Positions 51,093 through 63,085 are shown, counted from the first letter of the stretch. The stretch is 64,000 bases of DNA from Octopus sinensis (GCF_006345805.1 NC_043002.1:53134001-53198000), one strand, 5' to 3'. The notes: a model not told the origin generated them from the letters alone. Program-made: numbers and translations.

Positions 51093-51819
51093 CAAAAAAA
51101 AAAATGCGATGGTTTTTGTCTGTTTTGTAATGTATAGATTATGAAGAAGGTCTGTCACAGTTTTGTGAGATCAAATTTATGATTTTTCTGCAGAGGCCTC
51201 TGGCCCTCAGCGCAAGTTGGTTATATGTCGCCTTCATCAAAGCCTTTCTTGTTTTTCATCATTCGTCACCCCAGAGTAGATGGACGAAGGGCAGCCCGTC
51301 CCGAAGAACGTTTTTAGAGGTGGTACTTTTGAGTCTACTATACCAGCCCATTTAGGCTTGGGAACCGGTGGGAGAGGAACGGCAAATTCAAGGGCTGTCC
51401 CTAGCGGCACACACTCTAGCTACATCACTGTGTTATCCATTATTTTCATATTTTCACACATACCTGTGGTGTAGCGTGGGTATGCGGACCATACAGGATA
51501 TCGACTTTATATACGGGTTTGCTTTTGTCGAAGGGAACGGCCAAAATCCGCGCTATGATATTGCCCTTTACATTCTTTTCCAATCCTATTTCACCATAGA
51601 GTAAAACCTCAGATATTCCTTCTGTTTATCGTGAATGTTTATCTCATCAGTGTTGGTAAACCTGAAAAAGTTATGAATGCAGCCTCTTCCTATCGAGAAA
51701 ACCATAATATATATATATCCCCTCTAATACTTATACTAGCCCCAATTGTTCAAATAGTTCTGTTTCTTCTACCAACGATTCCCATACTCACACAAACTCT
51801 TCCTCAATCAACACACATA

Positions 51820-52931
51820 CACATAACAATTATACACCTAATATTAGTAACAATTGTAAGTGTAGGAACCCTAACACCTTTGAGATTAAAGGTAATTGTA
51901 AAATGAAAAATGTTGTGTATAAAGCTACTATCACAACATATAATCTCCCTAGGATTCATTATATGGGTTGCACGCAGACCCCCTCTTAAATTATGTCTGA
52001 ATAATCATAAATCATCTATTAATGATCCTCAGAAAGAATGTAGTACTAGTTTATCTAAAAAAAACGTATGGCAACTTTAAAAAGACAACTAAAATTTCTC
52101 AATTTCTTAGAATATTGTTTCTTCTGCCCCCTCTTATAGGATTAGAAATAGAACGTATTTTTTATGCCTTGAAGAGTCTTATATAATTATGAAAATGAAC
52201 GGTTCTATCTTAAATTCAAGAAATGAAAGAGTTCCTACTTTTTTCTGATTGTCCTCACTACCCGGGCTAGTTTTTAAGTAAGGTAACTATCTTGAATTTC
52301 TCTGGCCAGTCTTGTCTCATCGATGTTTTTTTCCTTGTTAAATTGTCTTTGTTTTTTTTTTCTCTGTATGTATGTACATTTTTACTTTAATATTGTAACT
52401 TTTTTCAAATGTAGTTTTGCCTATCACTTTTTAGCCTCCTGTACATATATTTTTTTCGTTTTTCAATATTAATATGTATATGTATAACTCTCTATGGTTT
52501 TTTTTCTACTAGTCCACCTGCTATACACACGTAGCCCTGTTTATTATACTTTGTCTCGACCTGTTACCGTTTTTTTAAAACATACCCGTTAGATTTTCAT
52601 TCTTATTTTTATAGTTCACCGCACATATAGACGTGTATACACATTGATATGTCTGTCTTTTTTCCCCTTTCGTCTCTCTTACTATTATTATTACTGTTAT
52701 TTTCCCCTTTTAAAACTTGCTTACAAATATCCGATTTTTTCCCTATCATCCCACTTGTATTCTCCCTTATTGTATCTTATTTTAATTTACTTTATTTTAT
52801 TAAACCTTTTTTGATGTCCTTACAAAAATTCTTCACACTGATGAAAATGACAATGCATAAATTTAATTATAATTACTATGGTTATAATTTTTTCTTACAT
52901 ATTTGTATTGTCCTTTGAAACGCGCGTATGT
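51820..52931 (+). mobile_element. Decayed Penelope-like element: Cys-rich linker + GIY-YIG endonuclease pseudo-ORF, then pLTR ending in a hammerhead
   Basis: Conceptual translation across stops and frameshifts: NCKCRNPNT..GNCKMKNVVYKATI..HYMGCTQTP..NHKSSIN..STSLSK..WQL..LCLEESYII..ILNSRNE. Confidence 0.75.
52835..52931 (+). ncRNA. Type I hammerhead ribozyme fold with intact core and palindromic stem III
   Basis: ACA CUGAUGA (52838-52844) AAAUGACAAUGC...GUAUUGUCCUUU GAAA (52917-52920) CGCGCG UA^UGU. Confidence 0.7.
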
Positions 52932-52933
52932 AT

Positions 52934-53275
52934 GTTCAGTCCCACTGCGTGGCATCTTGGGCAAGTGTCTTCTGCTATAGCCCCGGGCCGACCAATGCCT
53001 TGTGAGTGGATTTGGTAGACGGAAACTGAAAGAAGCCTGTCGTATATATGTATATATATATATGTGTATGTGTTTGTGTGTCTGTGTTTGTCCCCTTAGC
53101 ATTGCTTGACAACCGATGCTGGTGTGTTTACATCCCCGTCATTTAGCGGTTCGGCAAAAGAGACCGATAGAATAAGTACTGGGCTTACAAAGAATAAGTC
53201 CCGGGGTCGATTTGTTCGACTAAAGGCGGTGATCCAAGCATAGCCGCAGTCAAATGACTGAAACAAGTAAAAGAG
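52934..53275 (+). mobile_element. SINE family B, 5'-truncated, CpGs intact
   Basis: Starts at GTTCAGTCCCACTGCGTGG; complete 3' part. Confidence 0.9.
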
Positions 53276-53395
53276 GAAAAATATATATATATTGGTAAAA
53301 ACGGTAAGATAACAAAGGAAAGAAAGAGACCTCGATATTATGAAAATAGAGGAATTTATCTGTAAATGTAATATGTGACAATTATTCGGTAGCCA

Positions 53396-53458
53396 AGATA
53401 AAACTCTGAGTTTCGGATACCGAGGTGGAAATCCACGTCACCATCTCTTCAGTTATCC
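53396..53458 (-). ncRNA. Type I hammerhead ribozyme fold (left arm)
   Basis: GGAUAA CUGAAGA GAUG..GUGG-AUUU-CCAC..UAUC-C GAAA CUC-A-GAG UU^UUAUCU; 6-bp stem I. Confidence 0.65.
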
Positions 53459-53520
53459 GGCCATCCTTTTGTACAGCATATAATTTTATGTACGACCATA
53501 TAATTTTAAAAATTATATGA

Positions 53521-53585
53521 CCGAATAACTGAAGAGATGGCGTGGATTTCCACCTCGGCATCCGAAACTCAAAGTTTTATCTTGG
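53521..53585 (+). ncRNA. Type I hammerhead ribozyme fold (right arm)
   Basis: CCGAAUAA CUGAAGA (53529-53535) GAUG..GUGG-AUUU-CCAC..CAUC-C GAAA (53564-53567) CUCAAAG UU^UUAUCUUGG. Confidence 0.6.
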
Positions 53586-53621
53586 CTACCGAATAATTGT
53601 TACATATTACATTTACAGATA

Positions 53622-53648
53622 CATATATAATATATATATATATATATA

Positions 53649-53700
<52 letters not shown>

Positions 53701-54307
53701 TATATATATAATATATATATATATATTATATATATATATATATATAATTATATATACATATAAGATATATATATACATATTATATATATATACATATATA
53801 TATTATATAACATATGATATATATATCTACCTATATATATATACATACCTATATATATATTACATATATATATAAAACTGAATATATATAGTACACATAT
53901 ATATATACACATATATATATATACACATATACATATACATATACATATATCATCTACATTATGACATATACATAGAATACTAGACAATATATATACATAT
54001 ACATATATATACATATACATATATAAACAGCAATAATACATATACATATATATACATATACATATATATACATATACTATATTACATATACATATATATA
54101 TAACATATACATATACATATACAAAACTATATATACATATACATATAACATATACATATACATATACATATATATATACATATATATATACATATATATA
54201 TACATTATATATACATATATAGATACATATTATATATATATATACCTATATATACATAATACATATATAACAATATCATATATATACATATATATATATA
54301 TATACAG

Positions 54308-54340
<33 letters not shown>

Positions 54341-54689
54341 CAATATATATATATACATATATATATAATATATCATATATATATATATTACATATATATA
54401 TATATATACATATATATATAATATACATATTATATATATATACATATATCTATATATATACATATATATATATTAATACATATATATTATATATACATAT
54501 ATATATATATAATATATATATATTACATATAACATTATATATCATATACATATATATATACATACATATATATATACATATAATATCTATATACTATATA
54601 TATATATATATACATATATATTATATACATACATATATATAATATATAACATATATCTATATATACATATAATATATATATATATATAT

Positions 54690-54738
<49 letters not shown>

Positions 54739-55053
54739 CATATATATATATATAATTATATACTATATATATATATATATATCATACATATATTATATAT
54801 ATATATATATCTATATATATTATATACATACTATATATATCATATATATATATATATTATGATACTATATACATACATATATATCTATTATATATATAAT
54901 ATAATAATATAATATATATATATACATATAATATATATATATTATATATATATATATATATATACTATATATATACATACTAATATATATATATATATAA
55001 CATACATACATACATATATATAATATACATACATACATACATATATATATATA

Positions 55054-55103
<50 letters not shown>

Positions 55104-55110
55104 ATATATA
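53622..55110. repeat. ~1.5 kb degenerate (TA)n/(CATA)n tract, G very rare on the plus strand
   Basis: Direct reading. Confidence 0.97.
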
Positions 55111-55232
55111 TATGTGTGTGTGTGTGTGTATATAATAAAATATATCACCATTGTTTTAAGTCCAAGTTCAGTCTGATCGAAATAGCTACAATCAAAAGCA
55201 TTCCTTCCGGCTAAGGCCATTTCTTTAAATCA

Positions 55233-55535
55233 CTGGCGTAGCTGTGTGGTTAAGAAGTTTCCTCGGGCTGATCAAACCGTTTTGAGTGGATTTGGTAGAC
55301 GGAAACTGAACGAAACTCGTAGTACACACACACACATACATCTGTGTATGTTTGTGTTTGTCTCCTAACACCGCTTGACAGCCGGTGTTTACGTCCCGTG
55401 ACTTAACGGTTCGACAAAATAGAGATGGAATAAGCACCAGACTTAGAAGTAAGTATTGTGGTCAATTTGTTCGACCAAATTCTTCAAGGCGGTGCCCCAG
55501 CATGACCGCAATCCAATGACTGCAAGAAGTAAAAG
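55233..55535 (+). mobile_element. SINE family B, internally deleted
   Basis: GGCGTAGCTGTGTGGTTAAGAAG head; GGTAGACGGAAACTGAA; 3' part. Confidence 0.75.
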
Positions 55536-55766
55536 GTAATGTGTTGCTTGTGTCTTTTATTTATTTATTTATTATTATTATTATTTTTTTTTTTTTCTAA
55601 GAAGAAGAAGAAGAAAAAATTGTAGAGTGTGATTTAGGAGAAAATTAGATACAACTTCTTGCTGGTTGAGAGACAGCGTTATGCCAAAATTAACGACCCG
55701 AGTAACAGAAAGTGGAATGTCGCCCGCTTCCAAATTTGAAATTGCCCGCTATCGATGACTCTAAAA

Positions 55767-55934
55767 CAGTAGCGTAGCAGGGTGAAAGGGAGTCTGCCCA
55801 CCTCGGGAGACGCTTTTGTGGGATTCGCTCTTTTGGGCCTGCTATACAAACTTGTATAAGTTGCATAGGGCCCCGGGCGAGGGTGGGTGACAAATTCTAG
55901 AGTTGTCCCCGACGGCACATTCTTTAGCTACTTG
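55767..55934. mobile_element. Possible degenerate GC-rich MITE
   Basis: Starts CAGTAGCGTAGC and ends near TAGCTAC; GC-rich island in AT-rich context. Confidence 0.3.
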
Positions 55935-56558
55935 ACTGGTCTAAAACTCATACGTGAACAGAAAACAAAAAGAAAACGATGAAATCTGTAGTTTAATATA
56001 TTACAGACTTATGGATTTGTCAAATTAAAGATTCATTATCTTTCTAGCATAGATACGGCTCCATTGCAGGGAGCCGTGGTGCAATATTAAAATCTAGTCG
56101 AAATCATTAGCCTGCAGCATGGTTGTAATTGATCAAAACTACTACACTAACATCACATCTTCTCGTCATTCATTCATTCTTCCTTCATTCAAAAATATAT
56201 TCATTCACCCATTCATTCTTCATTCTTTCATTCATAAATATATTCATTCACTATTCATAGAAAGCTACTGAAAACGGAATAGCTACATAACTGAAAAAAG
56301 TCATAAATTTAGAAAACAAGATTCAGTTATTTTGTACAGTGCGGCAAATTCTTCGCTTTCCATACCATACACAGGAAAGAAAGAAAAACTGTTTCCGCAG
56401 TGGACCAATTCATAACATACACACTGTGTACTGTTACTCACTCGCATGTTGTAATGTTAAGAGGCGGACAATCGTTGCTCCATTCAGTGTTAAGTCACTA
56501 ACAACGAAAGGCTGACTTGATATCTCCTCGTCAGAGCTTTTCTCTATTTCTTTACACA

Positions 56559-56594
<36 letters not shown>

Positions 56595-56760
56595 ACACAC
56601 ACACACGCACAAATATGTATATAAATAAATAAATAGACAAATACACATAACTACCTACCTACCTACCTACATACATACATACATACATACATACACTCAA
56701 ATATATACACTTATATGCATATATATGTATGTAGATAGATAGACAGACAGACAGACATAC

Positions 56761-56975
56761 CTATTTCTTTATTACCCACAAGGGGCTAAACATAGAGGGG
56801 ACAAACAAGGACAGACATAGGTATTAAGTCGATTACATCGACCCCAGTGCGTAACTGGTACTTAATTTATCGACCCCGAAAGGATGAAAGGCAAAGTCGA
56901 CCTCGGCAGAATTTGAACTCAGAACGTAACGGCAGACGAAATATCGCTAAGCATTTCGGCGTGCTAACGTTTCTG
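56761..56975 (-). mobile_element. SINE family A
   Basis: Near-consensus reverse complement, head truncated. Confidence 0.9.
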
Positions 56976-57038
56976 ATCTACCTACAGACATACATACGTA
57001 CACACATACACACATAATGAAAGAGAGAGAGAGAAAGC

Positions 57039-58827
57039 GATAATGATACAAATAAACAAATAAAACCGCCTGGTCTTCAAAATATACAAACATATACATG
57101 CAGATAGAGAGAAAACAAAAACTGGAGACGAATATTCATGTATAAATATATAGATATTTTGTAACAGAGCAAACTGACACGGGACAAAGACAGAAAATTA
57201 AGTGGTGAAGCTGTAGTGTTACAGGTCTGACAGCTGTTTCTAGGGGCTCGGAATTACTTCATAATGTTGGTAGAAATTGTTCGCAAAAAGTCAAAGATAT
57301 GCAACCAATAGTGTACGGGGTGGGTACCCAAAAGAATCTGGAACTTTGTAATATTATTTTATTCACTTAGTTTTACATGTTTACACTTTTATCGCCTTCA
57401 AAGTATTATCTATTTGAAGCAATGCATCGGTCCAGGTGCGTTTTCCATTATTCGAAGCAGTGCTGGAACTCTTGTGAAGTGATACCTTTTAACGCCTCCG
57501 TCTTTTTTTTTTTTCTTCACCTCTTTCGCATTTGCAAATTCCGTAGCACCAGCTTTCGTCACCAGTGATGACCTTCGTAAAAAGGTCTGGATCAACTTCC
57601 ACCTGTTTTTTCAGTTCACGACAGGCACAAGCGAGGCACAAATTTTGCTGCAACTATTTTCATGCCCAATTTCTCTCTCAAAATTCATAGGCAGGAGCTT
57701 CAGGACACACCAGTCATATCAACAAGTTCACCGATTGTTCGGTGACGGCCCTCCAAGAACAATTCATGAATTTTCATGATGTTTTCATTCGCTCGGGAAG
57801 TCGACGGTCGCCCTGAACAAGGTTGGTCCCCAAACGACAAGTGACCATTCCTAAAGCGTGAAAATCACTTATAAACCTGTCTTTTTTTGCTTATGATAAC
57901 GTCCTTGTAAGCTGTTTAAAGCATCACAACTGTTTCGGCTGTCGTTTTCCCCAGCAGAAAACAAAATTTCACGGAAGCATGCTGTTTCTTCGTTTCAGCA
58001 ATCGCAAAAATCGACGAACAGAGGAGAAGCACTGCAAAACAAAGACGCATCACGTGGAAGTATAACCCCCCACTGAACAACGTCGGTCGGCAGACCGATG
58101 CCTGTGGGTCGCATCAAGTGTCTTCTAGCGGCGGAAGTCTGAACTATAACGGGCTTGTCCCACAGAGGTCGTTCCCGCTTACTTTTGGGTACCCTCCAAA
58201 CAATTAACATCTGCTGCCAAACCCAACAACAACAACGACCACTATATACAATACTACCCATCCTACTCCTACCACTTATTTCCGAACTTTCCACTCCTAC
58301 TCTCAATACCTTGATCACCCACCACCTCCCTCCACCTGAACTGACGATCGTATCTCTTCTTTCTCTTCCTTGCTTCAACACTCCCCTCATCTCCATCGAG
58401 TTACCTACTTCTTCCTTCCATTTACTTCTGTTTGCCCCCCTCTTTGCCCAATCTACCTTTAAATTTCCCTGCATTGCGATTTGAAATGTTAGATATTCAT
58501 CTCTCCAGTCTGAAGACGGGGATCGGATCAACCTAATGTTTATATCCTTGACTTTTTGCGAACGTCTGCCAACATTATGAAGTAATTCCGAGCCCCCAGA
58601 AACAGCTGTCGGACCTGTAAAACTATACCTTCTCACCTTAATATTCCGTGTTTTTGTACAGTAAGTAATTTTGCTCTGTTAATATATAAACATTTATATG
58701 TGTACTCATGAACATTCATCGTCTGAATATTTTCAGTCTTTGTTTTCTCTCTGTTTACAAGTATATATGTATGTATATTTTGTATGTCTTACCCAAACGG
58801 TTTTATTTGCTTATTTGCATCATTATC
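57039..58827. mobile_element. Inverted pair of related pLTR-like repeats (57039-57300 / 58542-58827) enclosing a mariner
   Basis: The arms align in reverse complement, most closely over 57219-57300 / 58542-58622; hammerhead-like motif at 58510-58610. Confidence 0.7.
57316..58197 (-). mobile_element. Internally deleted mariner (Tc1/mariner) transposon
   Basis: TIR core GGGTACCCAAAAG at both ends; pseudo-ORF with KFCFLLGK, SGRPSTSR, AKFVPRL, VITGDESWCYG and C-terminal WKTHLDRCIAS..YFEGD; the middle of the catalytic domain is missing. Confidence 0.85.
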
Positions 58828-59100
58828 TCCATATCTGTTCACCTGGATTCTTCTTTTAACCAACCTTTTCCCCGCTGACTCAGTTCCTCGGTAAAGATTT
58901 CGGACTGTAAGTTTAAATCATTTGAGCACTTCAAAGTGTTTTCTATATTGAGCATCTCTGGATCTCATCTGTTGACTCTCTGTTTCTCTGTCTGCCTGTC
59001 TATCTGTCTCCCCTCTCTCTCTTCTCTCTCCCTTCTCTCTCTCCTTGAATATACATACATATACATGTACACACACATATACATATATACACGCATATGT

Positions 59101-59333
59101 AAGGCGGCGAGCTGGCAGAAACGTTAGCACGCCGGGCGAAATGCATAGCCGTATTTCGTCTGCCGCTACGTTCCGAGTTCAAATTCCGCCGAGGTCGACT
59201 TTGCCTTTCATCCTTTCGAGGTCGATAAATTAAGTACCAGTTACGCACTGGGATCGATGTAATCGACTTAATCCCTTTGTCTGTCCTTGTTTGTCCCCTC
59301 TGTGTATAGCCCCTTGTGGGTAGTAAAGAAATA
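59101..59333 (+). mobile_element. SINE family A, full length, near consensus
   Basis: GGCGGCGAGCTGGCAGAAACG ... GGGTAGTAAAGAAATA; CpGs intact. Confidence 0.92.
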
Positions 59334-59348
59334 TATATATATATATAT

Positions 59349-60770
59349 GCTGGTTTGATAAATTTCAAAGGAAGTTCAACCTTAAGAGTGTGTTCCTGTA
59401 TGGAGAAGCTACCTCTGCTGTCAAACTCGTCGCTGAGGAATATGTGAACGAGACGTTAAGACCATTGTTAAGGAAGGGGGATATTCGCGTGAACAAGTTT
59501 TCAGTATAGATAAGACTGACGTCTTTTGGAAACGGATGCCATCACGGTCTTTCATTATGAAGGAGGAGACCAGAGCCCTTGGATTTAAGGCGCACAAAGA
59601 TCACGTCACAATTATAATGTATGGAAATGCTGCAGGCTTTAGGATAAAGCCAGGCCTTATTTATAAGTCCAAAAACCTAAGGGCCATGAAAAACAAAAAT
59701 AAGCTGCTGCCAGTGCATTGGATGCACAACCTGAAGGTATGGATAGCGAAACCACTGACATCAGATTGGTTTCACCAGTGCATCATCCCCGAAGTCAAAG
59801 TTTATCTCGCCGAAAAAGGACAGGAATTCAAAGTGCTTCTCCTTATGGACAATGCTGGAGGTCACGCGCTCGGCCTGTCGTATGAGGGCGTACAACTCGA
59901 ATTCACTGATCCAGCTCATGGATCAAGGCATTATTCTTTCTTTTAAGACGTTCTATGCGCGAAGCTCCCTGCAACCCCTTGCCGAGACTATGGACTCAGA
60001 TGATAACTTCTCGCTGAAGGAGCACTGGTGTGGGTACACCATTGTAACGTGTCTCCAAAATATAAATATTCAGAAGGCCATAAAAGAGATGAAGAACGAA
60101 ACTTTGAATGCCGTCTGGAAGAAATTGTGGCCAGAAGCGGTCCCCAACTATAAAGGATTCTCTCTTGACAAAATCCATCACTCTGCAGTAGATAAGGCAG
60201 TGATGCTGACAAAATTGCTAAGAGGAGATGGCTTCACCGATATGACTACCGAGGACGTTAACAACCTGATCGAGGACCATGAAGATCTGATAGAGATCTC
60301 CATACATCTCTATCAGAGAAATCAGCAAGTGAGGAAGAAGTAGAAGAACAAGAGGATCTAGAGGAAGAAGAAGAAGAAGTCGGCCTATCACTAGAAAGCC
60401 TCTCAGCTCTAGCAAAGACGGCAAAAAAAACTTCAGAGAAGATTGGAATCCCCATATGATTCGTGCGTTGCAGTTCAGAAATGCAATCGACGGAGCCATG
60501 GAAGTTTATAAAAACTTCCTTACACAGAATAAAAAAGCAGTGCCAGCAACTGCCCATCACTATGCTCCTTACCTGCAAAAATATAAAAGAGAGACACGGG
60601 TACTCTTAAGGGTGTGGGGAGGGTTTATAAAAGCTTAAATATATAAAAATAATGAAATACAAATTACAATAATAGAAAATATATATAAAAAGTGCTGTTT
60701 CTATTTCGCGGATTTTCACCTATCGCAGGGGTGTTTGGAACGTAACACCCGCGATAGTCGAGGGATGTGT
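59349..60770 (+). pseudogene. pogo/Tigger-like (DDE_1) transposase pseudogene, 5'-truncated, with 3' end region
   Basis: GWFDKFQRK..GEATSA; EQVFSIDKTDVFWKRMPSRSFI; KVLLLMDNAGGH; LIQLMDQGII..FK; frameshifts; Tigger-like end CCCGCGATA..GAGGGAT. Confidence 0.88.
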
Positions 60771-61424
60771 TTAATGATCGATAGTAAAAAAGAAAGAAAT
60801 TAAAAAGGGAAACTGAGCGGGAACGACAATAGAAATAGAGGTGGAAAAGAGGTGAAGTGTATAATTAAAACCATTAAATTCTACATTAGCATAGAAGCTA
60901 AAGGCAAATAGATAGGTTATATATTTGAAATTGAAAAGAATATGAACAGTTTTCGGATGATGGAAAGGGGAAAAGTAAATTATATTAATGTATCTAGCGT
61001 TAACAATCCTGAGGCTACGAGTCTGTCAATCAATATATTACGCTTTAGTTTTAAAATATCTAATAGAGTAAGTAAACGAAAAGTTGTAAACTAAGCGAAA
61101 TGCGAAAGGAACATTTAGATTTCGAAAGAGTTTTTATTAAATTTGTTTAGTCTACCGTAGCTTAAGTGAAAGCAAACAGGTAAGGCTAAATGATAATAAA
61201 ATATTATTCGTTAAACTAAAAATTAATGAAAAATATGTCAGAAGCTTATAATTAAATTTGTTTAGCTTACCTTGGTTTGATTGAAAGGGGTCAAACTTTG
61301 GTAAATGGCTACCTAAAAGCATTCTTTAAACTTGAAGATACTAAGATTTAATCGAATGAATGAAGAAGTAAAGGAAAGGGTGAGTTAAACATTATAACTC
61401 AGAAAAATAGCAACATTGTCAAGT

Positions 61425-61649
61425 AGCTGGCAGAAACGTTAGCACGCCGGGCGAAATGCTTAGCAGTATTTCGTCTGCCGCTACGTTCTGAGTTCAAATT
61501 CCGCCGAGGTCGACTTTGCTTTTCATCCTTTCGGGGTCGATTAAATAAGTACTACTTACGCACTGGGGTCGATCTAATCGACTTAATCCGTTTGTCTGTC
61601 CTTGTTTGTCCTCTCTGTGTTTAGCCCCTTGTGGGTAGTAAAGAAATAG
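61425..61649 (+). mobile_element. SINE family A
   Basis: Near-consensus copy. Confidence 0.92.
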
Positions 61650-62236
61650 GTATCGTTGGGAAGACAAACAAAATTTAGGGAAAAGGCCAAATAATCCTGT
61701 AGCGTTGTTTATGACAAAGATTTGGTGTCAATTTATATACATTTATTGCTACATTTTTACAAGGTTTCATGAAATACAGACAGAGTGTTTTACAAGTGCT
61801 AGAGATCCTCAACAGATAATTGATGATTAGGTTGATCAATGGCTACGTTGATTCTTCATACATCTACAAGTTGGGTACAGAGCTGTGAAAACAGCTTTTA
61901 GGAAATTCATGCTGGTATGAGTATGCAGCTGTGAAAACAGCTATTAGCGAGAGGAATTCACCTGGGACCGAACGCACCGAAATCCAAATTCAATCTTATT
62001 TGCGCGCTAACTGTCTCTGTTTAAAGAAAATTCTAGAACTGAACTCTGATTAGCTGAAATGGGGGTGGGTCTGCATGCATGATAAACTCGTGATTTACAT
62101 GTGATCTGAAATGGAGTTGGAATAACAACTGTCATACTGAGGAAAAAGTACTAGCGTTGTGTATTGACTGAACGTGTTGTATTTGTCTTAAAGATTTCGA
62201 TGTACGCCTGTTAATAGGTAATAAATAAAAAAAAGT

Positions 62237-62560
62237 GAGGGCGCGTGGCTTAGTGGTTAGGGCATTCGGCTCATGATCGTAAGGTTGTGAGTTCGATTCC
62301 CGGCGACGCGTTGTGTCCTTGAGCAAGACACTTTATTTCACGTTGCTCCAGTCCACTCAGCTGGCAAAAATGAGTTATACTTGTATTTCAAAGGGTCAGC
62401 CTTGTCACTCTCTGTGTCACGCTGATTATCCCCGAGAACTACGTTAAGGGTACACGTGTCTGTGGAATGCTCAGCTATTTACACGTTAATTTCACGAGCA
62501 AGCTGTTCCGTTGATCGTATCAGCTGGGACCCTCGTCGTCGTAACCGGCGGAGTCTTATT
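62237..62560 (+). mobile_element. tRNA-derived SINE family C, full length
   Basis: A box TGGCTTAGTGG (62246-62256), B box GAGTTCGATTCC (62289-62300), core GTGTCCTTGAGCAAGACAC. Confidence 0.88.
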
Positions 62561-62884
62561 AATAAAAAAAAAAAAAAAACGAAAAAGTACTGTCGTTGTT
62601 ACAGTCTGCCTAATACGTTGCTTGGATTTTAGTGTACACCGATGATTGTGATACCTTGACCCTGTATAAATATATTGCTTAATATAATTTGTGCTCACAC
62701 ACACACACCGATGATGTGTTGGAGTAGCTGTTGTCTATCGAGCTGAATATCGTAAATATTTCCTGTAGATCAACGATGAGATACAGGCAGGATCTAAACT
62801 TGGTTATTTATCAACAAAATTTATTTTTACTCAGCGCGTTACCATCTGTGCTGCCTTTACAAACTTGATAATAATATCCTTTCC

Positions 62885-63085
62885 AATGTACGCACAAAGC
62901 CTGAAATTTTAGGGTAAGGGGCTAGTCGATTACATTGATCCCAAATACTCAACTGGTACTTATGGTATCGATTTCAAAAGGATTAAGACCAAAGTCGACT
63001 TCGGTGACATTTGAACTCAGAACGTAAAGCCGGAAGAAACGCCGCTAAGCATTTTGTCCGGCTTGCTAACGATTCTGCCAGCTCG
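62885..63085 (-). mobile_element. SINE family A with the alternative tail
   Basis: Reverse complement of the head and core; GCACAAAGCCTGAAATTT tail. Confidence 0.75.

Larger units (their letters stand above)
53357..53621. repeat. ~105-bp-arm palindrome made of two inverted PLE pLTR segments
   Basis: 53357-53464 is approximately the reverse complement of 53517-53621. Confidence 0.95.

Noticed and set aside
51278-51312. TGGACGAAGGG..CCCGAAG, resembling a decayed hammerhead
   Set aside because: Both conserved core segments are altered, and there is no stem I or III.
57995-58636. 213-aa minus ORF
   Set aside because: Spans the mariner end, a pyrimidine-rich tract and a pLTR; compositional, not a gene.
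62237-62310. tRNA-like sequence with A and B boxes (similar heads at 14718, 21082, 59101)
   Set aside because: Heads of multi-copy SINEs that continue into SINE cores; no complete cloverleaf or acceptor stem.
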